In this document: piece after piece, positions 11,581 through 23,819 of the stretch | Position numbering within the stretch: position 1 is the first letter of the stretch | Layout of the letters: each line of letters starts with the position of its first letter | DNA from: Stegostoma tigrinum | Taxonomy: Eukaryota | NCBI RefSeq assembly: GCF_030684315.1 | Contig: NC_081388.1 | Location: forward strand, 22,675,015-22,739,014 | DNA length: 64,000 nucleotides | Direction: 5' to 3' | The notes under the pieces: generated by a model | Told to the model about the DNA's origin: nothing | Seen by the model: the letters and a program-made list of their open reading frames with translations, nothing else | The model's database searches: none | Translations under genes and position numbers: made by a program

Positions 11581-14500
11581 GAATGTTGCTAAGAAGAGTC
11601 GTGGCTTTGCCTGGATTGTGTGTGATGACCATGGAGTCATCGTGGTCACCATGAAATGTCATTGGAGAGACCATGGGGGTGACCATGACATGCCCTCTTT
11701 GGAGGTGGCTGATCTGAACCTCTGCAGTACTGATGGATTTTGATGAGGGTGGGATGGTGTTTGTGAAACTGATTGAGTTGGGGGGTGTCTCTGATCCTGA
11801 AGGATTTTTGAGGGGCCCTGATTGAGATGGATTTTGGAGGGTCAGGGAAGTGCCTCTGATCCTGAGAGATTTTGAGGGTGGGTGAATCCGGTGGATTTTG
11901 TGGGGTAGGGGTTTGTCCCTGATCCTGATGGATTTGGGGGGTTTCTGATCCTATGGAATTTTTGGGAATTGTCTGATCCTATGTATTGTTTTGGGGGGGT
12001 TTATAATCTTGTAGATTGTTTTTTGGGGGTGTCCAATCCAATGGATTGTTTTCAAGTTGTCTTGTCCTATGGATTGTTTTTGGGGGTGGGGCATCTGATC
12101 CTATGGATTGTTTAAGGGGTCTGATCCTATGGATTTTTGGGAGGTGTCTAATCCTATGGATTGCTTTTTTGGGGGGGTGTCTGATCCTACGGACTGATTT
12201 TTAGGTTGGGGTCTGATCCTATGTACTGGTTTTTAGGGGTGTGTCTGATCTTATGGACTGGTTTTTGGGATGTGTCTGATCCTATGGACAGCTTTTTGGT
12301 GGGAGGGGTGTGCCATCTGATCCAATTGACTGGTTTTTGGGGGGTTTGATCCTATGGACTTGTTTTGGGGGGTGTTATGATCCTATGGACTGGTTTTTAG
12401 AGGGCGTCTGACTAAATGGACTGGTTTTTTGAGGGGGGATTCAGATCCTATTGACTGGTTTTGGGAGGATCTGATCCTATGGAATGATATTTTGAGGGGG
12501 GGGCTGAGTCTATAGATTAGTTTTGGGGGTGTCTGATCCTATGAACCGGTTTTTGGGGTGGTCTGATCCTGTGGACTGGTTTTTAGGGGCGTGTCTGATC
12601 CTATGGACTTTTTTTTCGAGGGGGGGGTCTGATCCTACGGACTTTTTTGGGGGGAATTCTGATTGTATGGACTGGTTTGGGGGTGGGTCTGAGCCGATGG
12701 ACTGGCTTTTTTTGGGGTGTCTGATCCTATTGTCTTTTGGGGGATTTTGATCCTATAGATTGTTTTTTTTAGAGGGACCTGATCCTAGGGATTGGTTTTA
12801 GGGGCTTCTGATCTTATTGACTGGGTTTTTTTGGGGTGGGTGTCTGATTCTATTGATTGTCTTTTCGAGGGGTTCTAATCCAATGGTTTTTTTTAGAGGG
12901 ATCTGATCTTAGGGACAGGTTTTCGGGTGTTCCGATTCTATTGACTGGTATTTTTTGTGGGGCTTAATGTCAGATCCTATTGATTGTTTTTTGAGGGGAT
13001 CTGATCCTCTTGACCGGTTCTGGGAGGGTCTTATGCTATGGACTGTTTTGGGGGGGGGGGGTGCGGGGCGGTCTGATCCTGTGGACTTTTTTGCGGGGGT
13101 TATATCCTCTGGACTGGTTTATGGGGAGAGTTTGATCCTAGGGACTGGTTTTGTGCGGGGAGGGTTCTGTCCTATGCACTGTTTTTGGGAGGGGGTCAGA
13201 TCCAATTGACTGCTTTTGGGGGGGGGTATGATCCTAGTGACTGGTTTTTGTGGGGTCTGATCCTATGGACTTTTTTTGGCCGTCTGATCCGAATGACTGG
13301 GTTTTGAGGGGGGTTCTGATCCTATGGACCAATTTTTGGAGGGATCCGATCCAACTGACTGGTTTTGTGGGAGTTCTGATTCTCAGGAGAGGTTTTTGGG
13401 CGGAGTCTGACCCTATGGACTGGTTTTTAGGGGCGTGTCTGATCCTGTGGACTAGTCTGATTCTAGGTACTGGTCTTGGGGAGTTCTGATCTGAGGGAGT
13501 GGTTTTTGTGGGGGGAGAGTCTGATCTTGTGGACTGGCTTTTTGGGGTCGTGTCTGATGCTAGGGACTGGTTTTTGGGAGGGTGGTCTGATCCTAGGGAC
13601 TGGTTTTTGTTGGGGGGCGGTGTGTCTGATCCTGTGGACTGGTTTTTGGGAGGGTGGTCTGATCCTAGGGACTGGTTTTTGTGGGGGGGGAGTATGTCTG
13701 ATCCTGTGGACTGGTTTTTGGGAGGGTGGTCTGATCCTAGGGACTGGTTTTTGTGGGGGGGTGTGTCTGATCCTGTGGACTGGTTTTTGGGAGGGTGGTC
13801 TGATCCTAGGGACGGGTTTTTGTGAGGGGGGTTCTGGTCCAAGGGACTGGTTTTTGGGAGGGGGGTGTGTGAATCCGAGGGACTGGTTTTTATGAGGGGG
13901 ATCTGATTCTGAAGGACTTGTTTTTGTCGGGGGTCTGATTCTGAGGGACTGGCTTTTGGGGATGGGGTGTCTGATCCTAGGGACTGGTTTTTGGGAGGGG
14001 GTCTGATCCTAGGGACTGGTTTTTAGGAGGGGGGTGTCTGATTCCGAGGGACTGGTTTTTGGAGGGGTCTGATCCGAGGAACTGGTTTTTGGGAGGGGGT
14101 GTCTGATCCTAGGGACTGGTTTTTGGGAGGGGTGTCTGATCCGAGGGACTGGTTTTTGGGAGGGAGGGGTCTGATCCGAGAGTCTGGTTTTTGGGAGGGG
14201 TGTCTGATCCGTGGGACTGGTTTTTGGGGGGCGTGGTCTGATCTGAGTGACTGGTTTTTGGGAAGGGGGTGTCTGATCCTAGGGACTGGTTTTTGGGAGG
14301 AGTGCCTGATCCTAGCGACTGGTTTTTGGAGGTGTTTGATTCCGATGACTAGTTTTTGAGGGGGGAGGTCTGATCCAGTGGTCTGGTTTCTGGGGGGTGT
14401 CTGATCCCACGGATAGATTTTTGGAGGTGTCTGATCCGAGGGACTGGTTTTTAGGGGGGGGGTGTCTGATCCAAGGGACTGGTTTTGGTGGGGGGGGGGG

Positions 14501-15461
14501 TGTCTGATTCTGAGGGACTGATTTTTCGGAGGAGTGTGTCTGATTCCGAGGGACTGGTTTTTGGTGGGTGTCTGATCCGAGGGACTGGTTTTTGGGAGGG
14601 GGGTCTGATCCTAGGGACTGGTTTTTGGAGGGGTCTGATCCTAGGGACTGGTTTTTGGGAGGGGGGGTCTGATCCGAGGGAATGGTTTTTGGCAGGGGTG
14701 TCTGATCCGTGGGACTGGTTTTTGGGGGTGGCGTCTAATCCTAGGGACTGCTTTTTGGGAGGGCGGTGTCTGATCCTAGGGACTGGTTTTTGGGAGGCGG
14801 GGTCTGATCCAAGGGACTGGTTTTTGGGAGGGGGGTTTGATCTGTGGGACTGGTTTTTGGGGGCGGGTCTGATCCTAGGGACTGGTTTTTGGGCGGGGGG
14901 TGTCTGATCTTAGGTACTGGTTTTTGGGATGGGGTGTCTGATTCCGAGGGACTGGTTTTTGGGAGGGGGTGTCTGATCCTAGGGACTGGTTTTTGGAGGT
15001 GTTTGATCTCGATGACTAGTTTTTGAGGGCGGGGGTCTGATCCTATGGTCTGGTTTCTGGGGGGAGTCTGATCCCACGGATAGATTTTTGGGGCTGTCTG
15101 ATCCTTGGGACTGGTTTTTTTGGGGTGGTATAATCCTGTGGACTGGTTTTTGCGGTGGGTCTGATCCTAGGGACTCTTTTTTGGGTGGATCTGATCCTGT
15201 GGACTGGTTTTGGCGGGGGTGTTTACAATCCTAGTGACTGTTTTTTGTGGGGTCTGATTCTATGGACTTGTTTTTTTGGCCGTCTGATCCGAAGGACTGG
15301 GTTTTGAGGGGGTTCTGATCCTATGGACCAATTTTTGGAGGGATCAGATCAAATTGACTGGTTTTGGGGAGTTCTGATTCTCGGGACCGGGTTTTGGGGG
15401 GAGTCTGTCCCTATGGACTGGTTTTTAGGGGCGTGTCTGATTCTGTGGACTGGTCTGATTC

Positions 15462-16067
15462 ATCATGGGCCTCCTGCACTGCCACAATGATGCCACCCAA
15501 AGGTTGCAGGAACAGCAACTCATATTCCGCCTGGGAACCCTGCAGCCATATGGTATCCATGTGGACTTCACCAGTTTCAAAATCTCCCCTTCCCCTACTG
15601 CATCCCTAAACCAGCCCAGTTCATCCCCTCCCCCCACTGCACCACACAACCAGCCCAGCTCTTCCCCCCCACCCACTGCATCCCAAAACCAGTCCAACCT
15701 GTCTCTGCCTCCCTAACCGGTTCTTCCTCTCACCCATCCCTTCCTCCCACCCCAAGCCGCACCCCCAGCTACCTACTAACCTCATCCCACCTCCTTGACC
15801 TGTCCGTCTTCCCTGGACTGACCTATCCCCTCCCTACCTCCCCACCTACACTCTCTCCACCTATCTTCTTTACTCTCCATCTTCGGTCCGCCTCCCCCTC
15901 TCTCCCTATTTATTCCAGTTCCCTCCCCCCATCCCCCTCTCTGATGAAGGGTCTAGGCCCGAAACGTCAGCTTTTGTGCTCCTGAGATGCTGCTTGGCCT
16001 GCTGTGTTCATCCAGCCTCACATTTTATTATCTTGGAATCTCCAGCATCTGCAGTTCCCATTATCTC
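15462..16067 (+). mobile_element. 5'-truncated Penelope-like element (family A) inserted in the satellite; GIY-YIG C-terminal remnant, pyrimidine-rich 3' region, hammerhead at 15939-15970
   Basis: Encodes MGLLHCHNDATQRLQEQQLIFRLGTLQPYGIHVDF (PLE endonuclease C-terminus, 'E...I..L.T..P.G.N'-like); flanking TCTGATTC at 15454-15461 and 16066-16073. Confidence 0.88.
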
Positions 16068-17397
16068 TGATTCTAGGTACTGGTTTTGGGGTGTTCTGAT
16101 CTGAGGGACTGGTTTTTGTGGGGGGAGTGTCTGATCGTGTGGACTGGGTTTTGGGGGGAAGGGTCCGATCCTAGGGACTGGTTTTTGGGAGGGGTGTCTG
16201 ATCCAAGGGACTGGTTTTTGTGAGGGGGTGTCTGATCCTAGAGACTGGTTTTTGGGAGTGGGTGTCTGATCCTAGGGACTGGTTTTTGGGAGGGGGGGTC
16301 TGATCCGAGGGAATGGTTTTTGGCTGGGGTGTCTGATCCTAGGGACTGCTTTTTGGGAGGGGGGTGTCTGATCCTAGGGACTGGTTTTTGGGAGGAGTGT
16401 CTGATCCGAGGGACTGGTTTTTGGGAGGGGCGGTCTGATTCCGAGGGACTAGTTTTTGGGGTGGGGTTGTCTGATCCGTGGGACTGGTTTTTGGGGGGGT
16501 GCCTGATCCGAGGGACTGGTTTTTTGGGGGGTTGTCTGATCCGAGCGTATGGTTTAATGGGGCGGGGTCTGATCCAAGGGACTGGTTTTTGTCGGGGGGT
16601 GTCTGATTCAGAGGGACTCCGTGTTGGGAGGGGGTCTGATCGTAGGGACTGGGTTTTGGGGGGGTTGTCTGATCCGAGCGACTGGTTTTTGGGGGTGTGC
16701 CTGATCCTCGGGACTGGGTTTTGGAGGGGTGTCTTATCCGAGGGACTAGTTTTTGGAGGGGGTGTCTGATCCTAGGGACTGGTTGTAGGGAGGGGGTGTC
16801 TGACCCTTGGGACTGGATTTTGGGAGAGGTGTGTCTGATCCTTGGGACTGGCTTTTGGGAGGGGCTGTCTGACCCTTGGGACTGGATTTTGGGAGGGGTG
16901 TGTCTGATCCTAGGGACTGGTTTTTGGGGTGGATCTGATCCTGTGGACTGGTCTTTGGAGGTGTTTGATCCCGATGACTAGTTTTTGAGAGGGGGTCTGA
17001 TCCTGTGGACTGGTTTTTTGGCGGGGGGGGGCTCTGTTCGTAGTGTCTGGTTTTTGGAGGGGGTATAAGCCTGTTGACTGGATTTTGGGCTGGGACTGAT
17101 CCTGTGGACTGGTTTTTGGAGGTTTTTGAGGGGGGGGTCTGATCCTGTGGTCTGGTTTCTGGGGGGTGTCTGATCCCACGGATAGATTTTTGGGGGTGTC
17201 TGATCCTATGGACTGTTTTTGGAGTGGTCTATTCCTGTGGCCAGTTTTTGGGGTGGTCTAATTCCTGTACACTGGATGTTGGTAGGGGTTCCGATCCTGT
17301 GGATTGGTTTTTGGGGCGCGACTGATTTTAGGGACTGGATTTTGGGGCGGGATTGATTTTAGGGCGGGACTGATTTTTGGGGCCGGGGTCTGCTCCT

Positions 17398-17471
17398 GGG
17401 CCTGCTGTGTCCACCCAGCCCCACACTTTGTTATCTTGGGTTCTCCAGCATCTGCAGTTCCCATTATCTCT
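17398..17471 (+). mobile_element. Short family A terminal fragment just upstream of the CDC37 promoter
   Basis: GGCCTGCTGTGTCCACCCAGC...CCAGCATCTGCAGTTCCCATTATCTCT. Confidence 0.8.
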
Positions 17472-17474
17472 GAT

Positions 17475-17636
17475 CCTCGGGACTGGTTTTGCCGTCCCGA
17501 CAAGGGAGACGTTGACATCATGGAGCTGGGCGGTGACAGTCGGCGGAAGTGACGTGTGTCCGGAAGTGACGTGTAGAGAGGCGGCCCAGCGAGTGTTCTA
17601 GAAGCTGGGCCTGGGACAATTGGAGACGGGGAAACG
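17475..17636 (+). promoter_or_regulatory. CDC37 CpG-rich core promoter/5' UTR with GC box and two ETS-CRE composite motifs
   Basis: GGGCGG at 17528; CGGAAGTGACGTGT at 17544 and 17561; local CpG enrichment extending into exon 1; no TATA box seen. Confidence 0.8.
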
Positions 17637-17738
17637 ATGGTGGATTATAGCGTGTGGGACCATATCGAGGTGTCGGATGATGAGGACGACACCCACCCGA
17701 ACATTGACACGGCCAGCCTGTTCCGCTGGCGGCACCAG
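17637..17738 (+). CDS. CDC37: CDC37 exon 1 (Hsp90 kinase co-chaperone)
   Basis: [34 protein letters not shown], the invariant Cdc37 N-terminus with the Ser13 CK2 site; donor CAG|gtaaac; 102 nt. Confidence 0.98.
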
Positions 17739-18119
17739 GTAAACTCCGGGGCCGGGCACCTCCATTCCCCCCACCACCAGGGCCGGCTTCCATCTATCCC
17801 GTCCCCATCACCTTCTTAAACCCCCGGGCCCTGATACACCCCCCATCCTCATCTCCTTCAAATAGTCCCGGATTGACCCCCCCGCCGCTTCGGTAGACTT
17901 CGTTCCCCTCTGTCCGACCTCCCAACAGCCTTCCCTCCAGCGGCGACGCCCCACAACCCCCACCACCACCACCAGCCCACCTCCAACCCCCCGACCACCA
18001 CCTCCTCCCCCCACCACCTCGTCCACCACCCCCCACCACCACTTCCTCGTCCACCACCACCTCCTCGTCCACCCCCACCCTGCCCACACTCCTTTCATTA
18101 CCTGAAATTCTTGATCCCT

Positions 18120-19660
18120 CCATTTAGATTTCCACAAGACCTTTGACAAGGTGTTGCACAGGTCTCTGAGTAGGATCCCATGGTGTTAGGGCACGGAAAG
18201 GGGATTGGCTCTCCAGGCAGAGTTGGGGGCTCAAGGGCCCTTTTTCAGGATGGCAGCCACTGACTAGTGGACTTCCTCACAGCTCAGTGTTGGGACCGCA
18301 GCTATTCATGTCATGCATTAACAAAGAAACTGATGGCATATTTGGTCTTTTTTTTTGTTTATTCATGCTTGGGATGAGATGGGATTTATTGCCCATCCTA
18401 ATTGTCTAGACACCACTTATGAGTCAACCACATGACTCTGCGTCTCGAGCCACGTATAGATCAGACTGGCTAAGGATGCCAGTTCTTTTCCCTGAAGGAC
18501 ATCACTGAACCAGATGGGTTTTTCTGACACTTGACAATAGTTTCTTGATTTTCATTAGACTCTTAATTACAGATTTTTTTATTGAATTCAAATTCCACAT
18601 CTACTGTGACAGGATTTAAACCTGGGTCTCCAAGACATTACTTGTGTTTCTGCATTAACAGTCCAGCAATAATACCGCATGGCCATAGTCTATGCTTTTG
18701 CACATGATATTAAGATCGATGGAGGCAGATAGTGTTGAGGAGGTGCTGAATCTACAGAAGGACCTGGACCGACTGGATGAGTGTGCACCAAAGTAGCTGG
18801 TGAAATGCAACACAAGGAAGAATAGAGAGTCAACTGTGACTTACTCTGCCTTTTTCACATGAGTTGGACGTCTTTAATTGTTAATCATCTGGTGTCACAA
18901 TTTCCTAACAAGAATGATTTGAAATTGCGGTTTTGGGTTGCTAGCACAATATTTTCTAAATGTCCAAAGGCTTCGGAAATCTGAAGCACAAAGGGACTTG
19001 GGCATCCTAGTTCAGGATTCTGTTGACATGCAGGCTCATTTTACAGTTAGGAGGACATATTTGCTTTCGTTTCAAATGAATTGGAATACCAGAGTGCAGA
19101 TGTGCTGTTGTGTTTGTATAAAGTTCTGGCAAGACCACATCTGGAGTATTGTGAGCAATTCTGGACTTCGTATCCACGGAAGGATGTATTGTCTTGGGAG
19201 GCAGTCCAGAGGTGACTGACAGGAGTGACCCCAGGGCTGATGGGCTTGTCGTATGAGCAATGGTTGAGGAGTCTGAGTCTGTACTACATGGATTTCAGAA
19301 GGATGAAGGGGGATTCTCATTGAAACTTGGAGAATGTTAAGAGGTCTGGATGGAATGGGTGTAGATAAGATGTTACCACGTAGCAAAGGTGAGGACCTGA
19401 GGCTCAAACTCAGAATGAAGGGATAACCCTTTAGAACTGAGACTGGGAAAAATTTCTTCAGCCAGAGGGTGGTGAATCTGTGTAACTTATTGTTGCTGAA
19501 AGCTGTTGAGACCTAGTCATTCTTTCTCTTTAAGACAGGTAGATTCTTGATCAGTGAGGGGATCAGGGAAGAAGGCAAGAGAGTGGTATTGAGACATTAT
19601 CAGCCATGACTGAGTAGTGGAGCAGACACACTGTGCTGAATGGCCTAGTTCTGCTCCAAT
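18120..19660 (+). mobile_element. Fragmented CR1 LINE in CDC37 intron 1, interrupted by a SINE
   Basis: TTAGATTTCCACAAGACCTTTGACAAGGTG (LDF.K.FDKV), CAAGACCACATCTGGAGTATTGTG (RPHLEYC), CAGAGGGTGGTGAATCTG. Confidence 0.8.
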
Positions 19661-21848
19661 ATCTTTTGCTGAGAGAAACTCTTTTTTTCTTTCTTGTCAT
19701 TCTGTATTCCCATAAAAAGTTAACACCTTCTAGCATAGCTTGTGGAAGATCATACTGAATCCTGAAATATAACACTCGAATTGTATTGGTCAGCATGACT
19801 ATTTCTTACTCTGCCTTTTAAAATCAGTTGGGACCATTTTAATAGTTAATTTTCTGGTGTCACAGTTTTTTAGAATGATGAAAATTGTGGTTTTTGGGTT
19901 CCTAGCAGAATATTGTAACTTTGTTAGCAGCATACTTTATTTTGTACTTGTTGTATTCTTTCCTCCACAATGTATGTTGAGCAGAAATCCCTCATTCGGC
20001 TTCAAAGTGAAGCTATAGATAAGTATGTAGGAATGGTTTGTTTTCTTGGTGTCAAGTCTTGTGTACATTTGTTCCAACTTGAGATGCTTGGTTTATTTAA
20101 ATCTGGTGAGTCTGAGCGAATAGCTGGTTGAACAAAAGCTTCAGATATGGTGAGGTTGTTGAACACATTCATGTCATGCCGGAACTGATCTGATGTGATG
20201 AAGCTGAAAAACAATGACCTTGATGGAGTACAAGGACCATGTTGAACAATCGAATCACAGACTTCAGAAAGGAAGTCTCCTTCTCGTTAGCCTTTTCATT
20301 AGGGGGTCTGTTTCCAGACAAAACAGGTGCCACTCCTTTTAACCTTTGGGGAGAGGAGGCTGGAGAGTCTTGAATCTGGGACTTTGATCATTGTACAGCA
20401 ATATTCACTGGCAAGGTGGCCATGTCACTGAACTAATAATCTAGAGCCCCAGGGTAATATTCTGGGGGCATGGTAGGTGAAGTTTTGAACTTTGGAATTA
20501 GAAAGCTAAACTAATAGTAACCATTGTACTGTCAATTGTTGTAAAAAACCCTCTAACTAGTCCTTTTCGAGGAGAAAGACCACTGTGTGACTCCAGACCC
20601 ACAGACATGTAACTGACTAGCAGCACCTGCATCTCACATACTAACAAAACAAAAAAATCCTCCTTTTTTTAAAAAAGGAAAGAGCTGCAGATGTTAGAAA
20701 TTAGAAGCAAAAACAAATGTCTGAAAAAGTCAGCAGGTCTGTCAGCATCTGTGGAGAGAAATCAAAGTTAACATTACATCCAGTGTCACTCCTTAAGAAC
20801 AAAAGTCCTTTACTGCTGGAGCTGACTTTGTCTAATCTTCATACTTTATAATAACTAATGACTGAATGGGGAACTGTTCTATCCCATCAACACTTCAAGA
20901 AGAGCCAGAGACAGGATTCTCATGAAAACATAGATGAAAGAAAAGCTGCTTTGTTAGAACCATGTCCAACCATATGACTCATGAGAATAATTCAGTATTG
21001 TGTCGAAGGAACAATGGGGGTAAGAATTGTTGCCATCAACTGTTTCCTGATTAGAATATGACATTTCTCCTGCATTTCTTCATATCAAATATCAAATCAG
21101 AGTTTTCGGCACATGGGGCACATGCATGTTCAAGCACTTGTATGACAATTATAAAGCAAGCAACATAAGTGACTGTGATTTTTATCTTATAATTTGCCTA
21201 GGAGATCATGACAATTGTAATGTCACTGGTCTAATAGTTCAGAGGTCTAGGCAAATGCTCTGGAGACATCAGTGCAAATCCTATCATGGCAGATGGTGGG
21301 GCTTCACATCAATTTAGTAAATTTGGTATTTGAAAAACAACTTATCTCAGTTAAGGTAACCATGAAGACATCTTTGTTAAGCAGGCTCAAGGGGCTGGAT
21401 TGCCTAGTCCTACTCAGAATTCATAAGTTCTTTGGCAGTGGAAAAACAGCCAGTTTTTGACGACAGTTCATACTTAAAGATAGTAACATTTTCTGTGGAA
21501 ATGTCATTTTGTAAGCTAGGGTTGAAGTGCCCTAGTATTTATTTTTTATCAACATGTTTAGGTTTAATATTTGTTCAGGCGTGATGACTTTTTCAGAGGA
21601 AATCCCATGATACAGCGGAGCACTTGAGTCCTACATATGAGTTTTGTTTTATATAGTTAAGTGGATTTGTCAATCATGTAACATCATTGCTGAACCATTT
21701 GGATAAGTATTTGGGATTATTTGGTCTCCAGCTAATTTATCTATATCACTGAGCAGTGAAGGCTTTGCTGTTGTGTGTTGTATCAACTGGATAGGTAATC
21801 TAGGAATAAGTTCATTCCTGTGTCCCAGCACTAGACTGAATTCAAAGC

Positions 21849-22246
21849 TAGCGAGTTTTGAGAAGATTTGTAGCTCAGGTTGAGGTTCTGGATGTGAGTT
21901 TGCTCGCTGAGCTGGAAGGTTAGTTTTCAGACGTTTCGTCACCATTCTAGGTAACATCATCAGTGAGCCTCCGACGAAGCGCTGGTGTTATGTCCCGCTT
22001 TCTATTTATCTGGTTCGGTTTCCTTGGGTTGGTGATGTCATTTCCTGTTCTTTTTCTCAGGGGATGGTAGATTGACTTGGAGCCAATGTGTTTGTTGATG
22101 GAATTCCGGTTGGGATGCCATGCTTCTAGGAATTCTCGTGCATGTCTCTGGCTTGTCCTAGGATGGATGTGTTGTCCCAATCAAAGTGGTGTCCTTCCTT
22201 ATCTGTATGTAAGGATATGAGTGATAGTGGGTCATGTCGTTTTGTT
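21849..22246 (-). mobile_element. Penelope-like element 3' end (family B, Poseidon-type) with hammerhead
   Basis: Minus ORF QRHAREFLEAWHPNRNSINKHI (GIY-YIG C-terminus); 12-bp TSD TGAATTCAAAGC at 21837-21848 and 22247-22258. Confidence 0.88.
21927..21966 (-). ncRNA. Minimal hammerhead ribozyme motif (family B)
   Basis: Minus strand TCA-CTGATGA-T-GTTACC-TAGAAT-GGTGAC-GAAA-CGTC-TGA: 6-bp stem II, 3-bp stem I, intact core. Confidence 0.78.
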
Positions 22247-23511
22247 TGAATTCAAAGCCTTAGGTCATGTCAAAACTTTGAGAGATGATTCCTTGACTTT
22301 AAAATTGAAAAACAATCCGTTCAGAGACTAAGAGGATGTCTGTGCATTTGAGAGCTTGTCAGAATTATTGCATTGTTCTCCAAACCGTTAGCCTCTCTGC
22401 TGTTACATTTATCCTGCATATATTTGCATATTGTAGTTAAAGAATTGTTTATAAGTTGAGGAAGCCTCTTGCTGCTTTCTTCCCAATGCTCTTTAGTAAC
22501 CTGACTTTCGCTATACACTTGGCTACAGAACCAGTCAATTTGAGCCCTGAAGGCATTGTCTCAGCTAGGATTGAATGAGGCAAACTGTTTTAAGTTGGAC
22601 TGTTTGTTATCATAGCATAATACTCAAATCATTTGTGCCGAGCACAGCAGATAAACTGAAGCCGTGACTTTGATTTTAGTGAAATTCTTGTTGAGGTGTG
22701 AATTTCTGCGTCCACCCACTCTCTGGAATATGTTTTGTGTTTGCTCTTCCAAATGTGTTCCGTATGGAATATTTGGAGCTCTGTACTAACGGTATAAAGA
22801 GCCTGAATGCTTGTGTACATATTATTTCAGTAATAGATGAATAGAGATGTGCAAGTGTTTTTGTGCAGGCCAACTTAGCATTTAATTTGTTCAGAGCAGG
22901 TTTCCCATAATAACCATTGAATTACATGGAAGTTGAACGTCTCTGGCATGTAGGTTGATGGTTCTTGCCTCCTTCTGTTCCAGTTCTGGTGTGGGAGTAT
23001 GAATATTCACCTGAACAGCGGGGCTTTCTTGCCTGATCTTAATGTGCACATCTCGGAAAACACATAATTGCTCCAAGACTGTACTGAGTTGAGAATGTGT
23101 TGATGCATTCTGGAATAGTGATTCGACCCTTAACTTCTGTTTTTGGTGGAACCCAAGTATCTGCTTGTTCCCTGTCATGTTACTCGTTTACAAAAGAAAA
23201 ACAGCATTTCTGGACTTTTGGATGTTGGTGGAGCCTGAGACAAACAAATACGCTTTAATGACTCAATGACCCAAGAATTTGACAGTGTAACGTGTCTGCC
23301 CTTGATTTCAGGTTGTGTTTGTAGCAGTGATTCCATGTTGTATCACGTGCAGCTGTACCATGATTTCAAGTAATTAATCATCACAATGATACTGTATTTT
23401 CATAAATGTCCACTTACTTTAAATATCACGACTGCATAATATCTTTTTGCTGATTTTGGTTTTGAAAATTCTCTGAAAATTACTTAAAGAAGCAGTACTT
23501 GTTTGTTGCAG

Positions 23512-23793
23512 GCTCGTATTGAGCGGATGGAGGAAGCACAGAGAGAAAGAGAGGAGTATGAGAAGGCGTGTGGGGATTGTAAGCGTAAGCTCAATGAGTG
23601 CCAGAAGAAGCTGAAGGATTTGCAGCTGCTGGAAACAGACGATGCAAAGAAAGAGATTGAAAAGTTACAAGCTGAGCTCAAACAACTGAAAAAGGAAGAG
23701 AAGGAATGGGATAAGAAAGGGATTTCGCTGATGAAGAAAGAAAAGGCAATGCCGTGGAATGTAGATACGCTGAGTAAAGAGGGATTCAGCAAG
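23512..23793 (+). CDS. CDC37: CDC37 exon 2
   Basis: ttgcag|ARIERMEE...KKEKAMPWNVDTLSKEGFSK|gttagt; 282 nt, phase 0-0. Confidence 0.97.
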
Positions 23794-23819
23794 GTTAGTT
23801 GCTGTGTTAAAATCTAAAA

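Larger units (their letters stand above)
11750..17490. repeat. ~30-34-bp G/T-rich satellite array with higher-order duplications
   Basis: Well over 100 units of TCTGATCCTAGGGACTGGTTTTTGGGAGGGGG(TG); degenerate at the left end, homogeneous at 13540-14300. Confidence 0.95.

Noticed and set aside
11750-17490. CRISPR-like appearance (constant ~20-bp core with variable G-rich linkers) and long repetitive ORFs
   Set aside because: Linkers are short G/T runs, not unique spacers; eukaryotic context with no cas genes; ORFs are translations of the satellite
17740-18100. Gly/Val-rich minus-strand ORFs at the start of CDC37 intron 1
   Set aside because: Low-complexity (CCA)n/C-rich tract
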